Origin: Eledone cirrhosa
Lineage: Eukaryota
Direction: 5' to 3'
NCBI GenBank assembly: GCA_964016885.1
Contig: OZ024743.1
Location: 375,286,001 to 375,350,000, forward strand
DNA length: 64,000 nucleotides
Position numbers and translations under genes: made by a program. Below the pieces are notes generated by a model that did not search any database, was not told the DNA's origin, and saw only the letters and a list, made by a program, of their open reading frames with translations. This document shows, in pieces, positions 53,309 through 64,000 of the stretch (position 1 is its first letter; each line of letters starts with the position of its first letter).

Positions 53309-55738
53309 TTATGACAATTCTATTGGTTTAAATTTGTTAAGGAAGAGATTTTCTTTGTTTATTCTTTGTTGCTGTGTGAACGAATCTGAGCACTTGTAGA
53401 AGGGGAAGATTTTAAAGTTGGATAGTGTCATTCCTGCGCAGTTCGCAATATGGCTGCTCAAGGGGATTTTTCTTGTGTTAGCGTCCCGGATTTGTTGGCG
53501 GTGGATGGTCATTCTTTTGCGTAATGAGGTGCCCGTCTGTCCTATGTAGTTGTGTTTGCACCCACCGCAAGTTATTGCGCAAATCAAGTTCTCCGAGTTG
53601 CAGGTGAAATTGTTTTTTACTGTAAATGTTTGGCCATCTTTGAATGTAAATGTTTGTCCTTCAGTGAGGTAGAGGCACGTTCCACAGTTTGTTCTACCAC
53701 ATTTGGTAACTGTAGGGTTGAGGATTGGTTTGGGTATATTTGGTCCAGTGAGAATGCGTTTAAGTGATTTGGGTTGTCTTTTACTTTTAAGGATCTTGTG
53801 TGTTTCAAGAATAGACTTCATTTTTACATCTTTAAGTAGGATGGGGAGGTTTTTGTGTAAGTGATCAAACATTTCGGTATTTCTGGGGTTGAAAGTGGAT
53901 ACATATGGCAGGGTGTTGAGTGTGGTTTTCTGTTTTGGATTGTTAAGTTGATGGGGATTTAGGTGTTTTGCCCTGTCTATTCCATTGTTGATTATTTCAA
54001 GTGGAAAGGCTCTTAAGATAAGGGTGTCTTTTAGTTCCTTTAGTCTTTGCTCACGTTTAGGTGGATCTGATACTATGGTACATATACGTTTGGCCAAATT
54101 GTAAGGAATGTTAAGTTTTGTATGTTTTGGGTGACTTGATGTGAAAAAGAGGTATTGCTTGGAATCTGTGGGTTTATAGAATATATCTGTATCTACTTTC
54201 CCGTCTATTACAGAGATGAGAATATCCAAGAAGGCTAATTCCTTAGGATTGGATTCCATTGTGAATTGTATGTTATTATCTATGTTGTTTATCATGTTTT
54301 TAAACGTAGTAAGTGAGTTCATGTCTTCTTGCCATAGGATAAAGCAGTCGTCTAGATATCTTTTCCAATTGGCTTTGAGGTGTGTGTGGAAAGAGTCTCC
54401 AAATAAGAGAAGGGACTGACTGTATATTTGTTGTTCATGGAATCCCATGACTAGGTTGGCATATGTGGGTGCTACTTTCGTGCCCATTGCCGTACCTGAT
54501 ACTTGTCTGTATGTTGAACCATTGAATGTGAAATAGTTATTTTGTAGGATAAAGCGGAGTCCGTCAGTGATAAAATCTGTGTTGATGCGTGTCGGTATTT
54601 CTGATGGGTGTGTGTTAAGCCAGTATTGGACTGCTGTTATTCCATAGTTGTGGGGTATATTTGTGTAGAGGTTTATTACGTCAAAGGAGACAAGAATTGT
54701 ATTTGCACTTACTGTTTTAGGGAGGTGTTTCAGCATGTCAAGGTCATCTCGTATGTAGCTCTGTATATGTTGTAGAAAGGGTTTCAGTAGGATGTCCAGA
54801 AAGTTGCTAAGTCTGTGGGTTTCACATGTAGGGCCTGCTATAATTGGTCTGAGTTTTAGGTCTTCTGGTGGCGTTAGTTCAATGTAATTGTTGGTTGAGG
54901 TGTCACATGCATCGTTTATGGGTTTACATTTGTGGAGTTTCGGTAAGCCGTAAAAAGAGCTTGTATTGCATTTGAAGTGGCTTATATAGTTAAACTCTTT
55001 TGTGGTTAAGCTGTTGCGGTATTTATTCAGTAAGGTCAAAAGGTTCCCCATTGTTTTGGTGTGTTTGTAGTTTTCTGTTTTTTCATAGTATGTGTTGTTT
55101 TCTAAAATGTTAAGTGCGAGGGTCCTATAGTAGTCCGTATTCATAATGACAACAGTACTGCCTTTATCGGCTTCTTTGATAGTTATCTCAGGGTTGTTTC
55201 TAAGTGTGAATAATTCTTCCCATTCGTGTGTAGATAGGTTTGATTTCGTGTGTTTATTTGTAATTTTTTCATAGGGAAAGTTGGTGATGTGTTCGCAGTA
55301 CGTGTCCAGTGCTTTATTTCTTCCTTTTTGTGGGCAGAAATTGCTTTTATTTCTAACCAGTGATTCGTCTTCAGTGTTGGTGTCGTTGTGGAAGAATTCC
55401 GTTAGTCGCAGCTTTCGGCAGTATTCCATGATGTCATCCTTCATTTCGGGGAAGTTTTGTTTACGTGGTGTAGGTGTAAATTTCAGGCCCTTACTTAAAA
55501 TGTTGATTTGTGTGTTGGTTAGAGGTGTCTTTGAGAGGTTGATTATTTTTGGTTTCTCCTGAGGGGGGGGGGGGGACCATCGAGTATCCTGGTATTTCAG
55601 GCTTTTCCCTAAAAAAGGAATGTAGTTTTGTGTGTGATTATATTTTGTTGGTCTGTTGCGTGTGGGTCTGTAGCTTGTTGTTTCATGAGGGTGAATGTGA
55701 TGGTGGGGGTGGTATGTGTTGTGGTTGTTGATAAGCAA
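53309..55738 (-). CDS. Penelope-like reverse transcriptase + C-terminal GIY-YIG endonuclease (809 aa)
   Basis: IINLS..LSKGLKFTPTP, IKEADKG, FYGLPKLHK, LRPIIAG, FDVINLYTNIP, GTAMGTKVAPTYANL, RYLDD, FLDI, YKPTD, SSHPKH, CGRTNCGTC, NLICAITC..C...YIGQT..LRKR..H. The true start is uncertain. Confidence 0.95.
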   Translation of the reverse strand: MLINNHNTYHPHHHIHPHETTSYRPTRNRPTKYNHTQNYIPFLGKSLKYQDTRWSPPPPQEKPKIINLSKTPLTNTQINILSKGLKFTPTPRKQNFPEMKDDIMEYCRKLRLTEFFHNDTNTEDESLVRNKSNFCPQKGRNKALDTYCEHITNFPYEKITNKHTKSNLSTHEWEELFTLRNNPEITIKEADKGSTVVIMNTDYYRTLALNILENNTYYEKTENYKHTKTMGNLLTLLNKYRNSLTTKEFNYISHFKCNTSSFYGLPKLHKCKPINDACDTSTNNYIELTPPEDLKLRPIIAGPTCETHRLSNFLDILLKPFLQHIQSYIRDDLDMLKHLPKTVSANTILVSFDVINLYTNIPHNYGITAVQYWLNTHPSEIPTRINTDFITDGLRFILQNNYFTFNGSTYRQVSGTAMGTKVAPTYANLVMGFHEQQIYSQSLLLFGDSFHTHLKANWKRYLDDCFILWQEDMNSLTTFKNMINNIDNNIQFTMESNPKELAFLDILISVIDGKVDTDIFYKPTDSKQYLFFTSSHPKHTKLNIPYNLAKRICTIVSDPPKREQRLKELKDTLILRAFPLEIINNGIDRAKHLNPHQLNNPKQKTTLNTLPYVSTFNPRNTEMFDHLHKNLPILLKDVKMKSILETHKILKSKRQPKSLKRILTGPNIPKPILNPTVTKCGRTNCGTCLYLTEGQTFTFKDGQTFTVKNNFTCNSENLICAITCGGCKHNYIGQTGTSLRKRMTIHRQQIRDANTRKIPLSSHIANCAGMTLSNFKIFPFYKCSDSFTQQQRINKENLFLNKFKPIELS

Positions 55739-56649
55739 GGGTTCTGTTGTTGGTTCATGTGGTCTGGGTGCGTTATTTCTGTGGTACAGAGTGTTGAGGT
55801 TGGAGGGTTGTCTTTTGTTGGATTGAGGGTGATGTCTGGTGTGGTTGTGGGTAAGTTCTGTTGTGATTTCAAGTGGTCTGGGTGGATTTCTTCTGGGGAA
55901 TGTGGTGTGTGTGTTGTGAGTTGGATCTATGTTATTTCGTCATTGGTTTATGTAGGGGGCATTTCTACGGAAACCTGTGTTGTGGTGGTTGGGTGTGTTT
56001 CTTTTGGTGTAGTTGGCCGTATTTGGTTTGTGTTGGTGGGGATGTGCCTGTGGTTAGTGTGTGTTGGGTTTGGTGGTATACATATATTTGGTGGTATATA
56101 TATATATATACATACAAATAACTATGTGTATACTCTGGTAATGTATATATATATACATACAAATATACATGCATACATATGTCACACACACATACACGCA
56201 TACATATGTCACACACACATACACACGCATAAAATAAGATAGTAAAGCTGAATTGTAGGAAATTTGAGTGCACCATTGGGTTTTTTTTATAGCTTACCGT
56301 ATTGGTTAGATACTTTCTATAAATATATTAATAGATGTCTGTATTTGATGTAACTACTATAACAACATTAATGTAATAGTAGAAGTAACAAATTATGTGT
56401 TATGGCATTGCTGTAATGGTAAAGATGAGATGATGAGTCGCAAGTAAACCTAGATGGCAACTCCATACATGCCAGGTTGGCGCCAATATCTGTGACAAAA
56501 GGAATATTGTGATAGCCGAGACACATGCTCTCCGCAAAGTGACTACACCATAAACGAGACAGATTCTCTCCATAAAATGTTATCAACTACGAAGCACATT
56601 CACTCCGTAAACTGTCAACACCATCAGTTCGCTCGATCAGCTGTCTACG

Positions 56650-59600
56650 TTACTTAGACACATCCACTCTACAAAGTGTCCACACCACCACCGAGAGACA
56701 TCCACCCTACAAAATGTCCACGACACCACCAAGTCACATCCCCCCTACAAAATGGCCACACCACCACCAAGACACATTCACTCTATAAAATGTCCACACC
56801 GCCACCAAGACACATTCACGCTATAAAATGTCCACAGCACCACCAAGATACATCCACCCTACAAAATGTCCACACCACCACCTAGACACATCCACCCTAC
56901 AAAATGTCCACACCACCACCTAGACACATCCACCCTGCAAAATGTCCACACCACCACCTAGACACATCCACCCTACAAAATGTCCACACCACCACCAAGA
57001 CACATTGGTTCTACAAAATATCCTCATCACCACCAAGACACATTCACTCTACAAAATGTCCACACCACCACCAAGACACATCTACCCTACAAAATATCCA
57101 CACCACCACCAAGACACATCCACTCTACAAAATGTCCACACCACCATCAAGACACACCCACCCGACAAAATGTCCACATGACCACGAAGACAGATCCACC
57201 CTACAAAATGTCTACACCACCACCAAGACACATTTACTCTATAAAATGTCCACACCACCACCAAAACACATTAACTCTATAAAATGTCTACACCACCATC
57301 AAGACACATTAACTCTATAAAATGTCTACACCACCACCAAGACACATTAACTCTATAAAATGTCTACACCACCACTAACACACATTCACTCTGTAAAATG
57401 TCCACAACACCACCAAGACACATTCACTCTACAAAATGTCCACGCCACCACCAAGACACATTTACACTACAAAGTGTCCTTATCACCACCAAGACACATT
57501 CACTCTACAAAATCTCCACACCACCACCAAGACACATCCACCCTACAAAATGTCCACACAACCACCAAGACACATCCACTCTACAAAATGTCCACATCCC
57601 CACCAAAACACATTCACACTGTAAAATGTCCACACCACCACCAAGACACATTCACTCTACAAAATGTCCACACCACCACCAAGACAAATTTACAATACAA
57701 AATGTCCTCATCACCACCAAGACACATTCACTCTGCCAAATGTCCACACCACCACCAAGACACATCCACTCTACAAAATGTCCACACCACCATTAAGACA
57801 CATTCAACCTACAAAATGTCCATACCACCACCAAGACACATTCAACTCTACCAAATGTCCACACCAGCACCAAAAGACATCCACCCTACAAAATGTCCAC
57901 ACCACCACCAAGACCAATTAACTCTATAAAATGTCCACACCACCACTAAGACACATTCACTCTATAAAGTGTCCACACGACCACGAAGACAGATCCACCC
58001 TACAAAATGTCTACACCACCACCAAGACACATTTACTCTATAAAATGTCCACCCCACCAGCAAGACACATTCACCCTACAAAATGTCCATACCACCACCA
58101 AGATACATTCAACTCTACAAAATATCCACATCACCATCAAGACACACCCACACTACAAAATGTCCACACCACCACCAAGACCCATTAACTCTATAAAATG
58201 TCCACACCACCACCAAGACACGTCCACTCTACAAAATGTCCACACCACCACCTAGACGCATCCAAACTACAACATGTCCACACCGCCACCAAGACACATT
58301 AACTCTATAAAATGTCTACACAACCACCAAGACACATTCACTCTATAAAATGTACACACCACCACCAATACACATCCACCATACAAAATGTCCACACAAC
58401 CACAAAGTGACATTTACTCTATTAAATGTCCACACCATCACCAAGACACATCCACCCTACAAAATGTCACAACCACCACCAAGACACATCCACTCTATTA
58501 AATGTCCACACCACAACCAACACACGTTCACACTATAAAATGTCCACACCACCACCAAGACACATTCACTCTGCAAAATGACCACACCACCATCAAGACA
58601 CATTAATTCTACAAGATATCCACACTATCACCAAGACACATCCACCCTACAAAATGTCCACACCACCAACAAGAAACATTCACTCTACAAAATGTCCACA
58701 CCACCACCAAGACACATTCACTCTACAAAATGTCCACACCAGCACCAAGACACATTTGCTCTACAAAATATCCACACCATCAAGACACATTCACTCTATA
58801 AAATGTCCACACAACCACGGAGACACATCCACCCTACAAAATGTACACACCACCACCAAGACACATTAACTCTACAAAATATCTACACCACCACCAAGAC
58901 ACGTTTACTATATAAAATGTCCACCCCACCACCGAAACACATTCACCCTAAAAAATGTCCATACCACCACCAAGATACGTTCACTCTACAAAATGTGCAC
59001 ACCACCACCAAGACACATTTGCTCTATAAAATATCCACACCAAAAAGACACATCCACTCTATAAAATGTCCAGATCACCACCAAGAAACATTCACTCTAT
59101 AAAATGTTCACACCACCACCAAGACACGTTCACCGTACAAAAAGTCCACATCACCACTAAAACAGATTCACTCTACAAAATGTCCACACAACCACCAAGA
59201 CACATCCACCCTACAAAATGTCCACACCACCATCAAGACACATTCACTCTACAAAATGTCCACACATCCAAAAGACACATCCACCCTACATATTGTCCAC
59301 ATCTCCACCAACACACATTCACTATATAAAATGTCCACACCACCACCAAGACACGTTCACTCTATAAAATGTCCACACCTCCACCAAGACAAATCCACCC
59401 AACAAAATGTCATCACCACTATCTAGACACATCCACCCTACAAAATTTGCACACCACCACCAAGTCACATTTACTGTATAAAATGTCCACACCACCACCA
59501 AGAAACATTAACTCTATAAAATGTCCACACCACCACAAATACACATTCACTCTATAAAATGTCAACACCACCATCAAGACACATCCACCCTACAAAATGT

Positions 59601-62600
59601 CCACACCACCACCAAGTCACATTCACTCTATAAAATGTCCACACCACCACCAAGACACATTCACACTATAAAATGTCTACACCACCATCAAGACACATCC
59701 ACCCTACAAAATGTCTACACCACCACCAAGTCACATTCACTCTATAAAATGTCCACACCACCACCAAGACACATTCACTCTATAAAATATCCACACCACC
59801 ACCAAGTCACATTAACTCTATAAAATGTCCACACCACCACCAAGTAACATTCACCCTACAAAATATCCACACCACCACCAAGACACATCCACCATTCAAA
59901 ATGTCCACACCACCACCAAGACACATTCACTCTATAAAATGTCTACACCACCATCAAGACACATCCACCCTACAAAATGTCCACACCACCACCAAGAGAC
60001 ATCTACCCTACAAAATAACACAAAAAACCACCAAGACACATCCACCCTACAAAATGTCCACACCACCACCAAGACACATCCACTCTATAAAATGTCCACA
60101 CCACCACCAAGACACATCCAATCTACAGAATGTCCACACCACGACCAAGACGTATCCACCCTACAAAATGTCTACACCACCACCAAGATACATTCACTCT
60201 ATAAAATGTCTACACCACCATCAAGACTCATCCACCCTACAAAATGTCCACACCACCACCAAGACACATTCAATACTATAAAATGTCTACACCACCACCA
60301 AGACACATTAACTCTATAAAATGTCTACACCACCACCAAGACACATTAACTCTATAAAATGTCCACACCACCGTCAAGACACGTTCACTGTATAAAATGT
60401 CCACACCACCACCAAGACACATTAACAATATAAAATGTCCACACCACCACCAAGACACTTTCACTCTATAAAATATCTACACCACCATCAAGACACATTC
60501 ACCCTACAAAATGTCCACATCACCACTAAGACACATTAACTCTATAAAATGTCCACACCACCATCAAGACACGTTCACTGTATAAAATGCCACACCACCA
60601 CCAAGTCACATTCATTCTATAAAATGTCCACACCACCAGAAAGACAGATCCACCCTACAAACTGTCCACACCACGACCAAGACGCATCCACCCTTCAAAA
60701 TGTCCACACCACCATCCAGACACATCCACCCTACAACATGTCTACACCACCACCAAGCTACATTCACTCTATAAAATGTCTACACCAAAATTAAGACTCA
60801 TCCACCCTACAAAATGTCCACACCACCACCAAGACACGTTCACTCTACAACATTTCCACACCATCACCAAGACACATCCACCCTTCAAAATCACCACACC
60901 ACCATCAAGACACATCCACCCTTCAAAATCTCCACACCACCATCAAGACTCATCCACCCTACAAAATATCCACACCACCACCTAGCCTCATCCACCCTAC
61001 AAATTGTCCACACCATCACCAAGACACATCCACCCTACAATATGTCCACACCACCACCAAGTCACATTCACTCTATAAAATGTCTACACCATCATCTAGT
61101 CACATCAACCCTACAACATGTCCACACCACCACCAAGTCACATTCACTCTATAAAATGTCCACACCACCAAGACACATTCACTCTATAAAATGGCTACAC
61201 CACCATCAATACACATCCACCCTACAAAATGTTCACACCACCACCAAGACACATTTACTCTATAAAATGTCCACACCACCACCAAGACAGATTCACTCTA
61301 TAAAATGTCTACACCACCACCAAGACACATCCACCCTACAAAATGTCCCCACCACAACCACAGCACATTCACTCTATAAAATGTCCACACCACCACCAAG
61401 ACACATCCACCCTACAAAATGTCCACACCACCACCAAGACACATTTACTCTATAAAATGTCTACACCACCACCAAGACACATTCACTCTATAAAATGTCC
61501 ACACCACCACCAAGACACATTCACTCTATAACATGTCTACACCACCACCAAGACACATTAACTCTATAAAATGTCCACAACACCACCAAGACACATTCAC
61601 TTTCTAAAATGTCCACACCACCACCAAGACACATTCACTTTATAAAATGTCCACACCACCACTAAGACACATTAACACTATAAAATGTCCACAGCACCAC
61701 CAAGACACATTCACTCTGTAAAATGTCCACAACACCACCAAAACACATTCACTCTATAAAATGTCTACACCACCACCAAGACACATTCACTCTATAAAAT
61801 GTCTACACCACCACCAAGACACATTCACTCTATAAAATGTCCACACCACCACCAAGACACATTTACTCTATAAATTGTCTACACCACCACAAAGACAGAT
61901 CCACCCTACAAAATGTCTACACCACCACCAAGATACATCCACTCCATAAAATGACCACACCACGACCAAGACGCATCCACCCTACAAAATGTCTACACCA
62001 CCACCAAGATACATTTACTCTATAAAATGTCTACAGCACCATCAAGACACATCCACCCTACAAAATGTCCACACCACCACCCAGACACATCCACTCTACA
62101 AAATGTCCACACCACCACCAAGACACATTTAATCTATAAAATGTCCACACCACCACCAAGACACATTAACGCTATAAATTGTCTACACCAGCATCAAGAC
62201 ACATTCACTCTATAAAATGTCCACACCACCACCAAGACACATCCATTCTACACAATGTCTACACCACCACCAAGACACATCAACTCTACACAATGTCTAC
62301 ACCACCACCAAGACACGTTCACTCTACAAAATGTCCACACCACCACCAAGACACATTAACGCTATAAATTGTCTACACCAGCATCAAGACACATTCACTC
62401 TATAAAATGTCCACAGCACCACCAAGACACATCCACTCTACACAATGTCTACACCACCACCAAGACACATCCACTCTACACAATGTCTACACCACCACCA
62501 AGACACATCCACTCTACACAATGTCTACACCACCACCAAGACACATTCACTCTATAAAATGTCCACACCACCACCAAGACACATTCACTCTACAAAATGT

Positions 62601-64000
62601 CCTCACAACCACCAAGACACATTCACTCTATAAAATGTCTACACCACCATCACGACACATGCACCCTACAAAATGTCCACACCACCACCAAGACACATTC
62701 ACTCTACAAAATGTCCATACCATCACCAAGACACATCCACCCTTCAAAATGTCCACACCACCACCAAGAGAGATTCCCTCTACAAAATACCCACACCACC
62801 ACCAAGACACATTCACTCTACAAAATGTCCACACCAACACCAAGACACATTTGCTCTACAAAATGTCCACAGCACCACCAAAACACATTCACTCTATAAA
62901 GTGTCCACACCACCACCAAGAGAGATTCACTCTACAAAATATCCACACGACCACCAAGACACATCCACCCTACAAAATGTCCACATCTCCTCAAAGACAC
63001 ATTCACTCTACAAAATGTCCACACCACCACCAAGACACATTTACACTACAAAATGTCCTCATAACCACCAAGACACATTCACTCTACAAAATGTCTACAC
63101 CACCACCAAGACACATCCACCTTACAAAATGTCCACACCACCACCAAGACACATCCTCTCTACAAAATATCCACACCACCACCAAGACACATCCACTCTA
63201 CAAAATGTCCACACAACCATCAAGACACATCCACCCTACAAAATGTCCACACCACCACCAAGACACATACACCGTACAAAATGTCCACACCACCACCAAG
63301 AAAGATTTACTCTATACAATGTACACACCACCACCAAGACACATTCACCCTACAACATGTCCACACCACCACCAAGACACATTCACTCTACAAAATGTCC
63401 ACACCACCACCAAGACACATCCACCCTACAAAATCTCCATTCCACCGCCAAGACACATCTACCCTACAAAATATCCACACTACCACCAAGACACATCCAA
63501 TCTACAAAATGTCCACACCACCATCAAGACACATCTACCCTACAAAATATCCGCACCACCACCAAGACACATCCACCCTATAAAATGTCCACACCACCAC
63601 CAAGACACATTCACTCTATAAAATGTCCACACCACCACCAAGACACATTCACTCTATAAAATGTCTACACCACCACCAAGACACATTAACTCTATAAAAT
63701 GTCTACACCACCATCAAGTCACATTAACTCTATAAAATGTCCACACTTCCACCAAGACAAATCCACCCAACAAAATGTAAACACCACCACCTAGACGCAT
63801 CCACCCTACGAAATGTCTACACCACCACCAAGACACAATAACTCTATAAGATGTCGACGCCACCATCAAGACACATTAACACTATAAAATGTCTACCCCA
63901 CCACCAAGACACATTTACTGTATAAAATGTCCACACCACCACCAGGACACATTAACTCTATAAAATGTCCACACCACCACCAAGACACATTAACTCTATA
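56650..64000 (+). repeat. 38-bp tandem satellite, >190 diverged copies, running off the window edge
   Basis: Consensus AAAATGTCCACACCACCACCAAGACACATTCACTCTAT. ORF starts step by 38 (56904, 56942, 56980). Confidence 0.98.

Larger units (their letters stand above)
52082..56095 (-). mobile_element. Penelope-like retroelement (Neptune/Naiad-type architecture) inserted in (TA)n
   Basis: RT + GIY-YIG ORF, a 3' region with a hammerhead, and TA tracts at both ends. The 5' boundary is approximate. Confidence 0.85.

Noticed and set aside
55628-56242. 204-aa Val/Cys/Gly-rich plus-strand ORF
   Set aside because: It is the antisense reading of the AC-rich 5' region of the Penelope element.
62407-63659. 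404-aa and 328-aa His/Pro-rich ORFs as genes
   Set aside because: They are overlapping frames of a 38-bp satellite whose unit is not a multiple of three.

Overview
Repeat-dense, AT-rich eukaryotic (animal) DNA with no recognisable host protein-coding exon. The SINE motifs and microsatellite load suggest an octopus/cephalopod genome (inference). The window holds: an uninterrupted Penelope-like ORF (RT + GIY-YIG, 53309-55738, minus); a frameshifted R4/Dong-like RLE non-LTR element beside (TACA)n tracts; three copies of a ~0.55-0.6 kb non-coding retroposon inside TACA/TATG tracts; mariner, RTE and Penelope relics; a hAT-type element (8-bp TSD) whose interior has become a ~6 kb 37-bp satellite; a >7 kb 38-bp satellite; and many tRNA-like SINEs. 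The most striking signal is about two dozen type I hammerhead-ribozyme motifs, read by eye, in about nine unrelated short non-coding element families. Nearly all are nested in (TA)n tracts and many are arranged as fold-back (inverted) or head-to-tail repeats. Several carry non-canonical cores: compensatory U3-A8 (UUGAUAA, UUGAAAA) or one extra base (CUGAACGA, CUGAAAGA). One U3-A8 motif lies in the 3' end of the coding Penelope element. Most ORFs in the supplied track are microsatellite or satellite artefacts.
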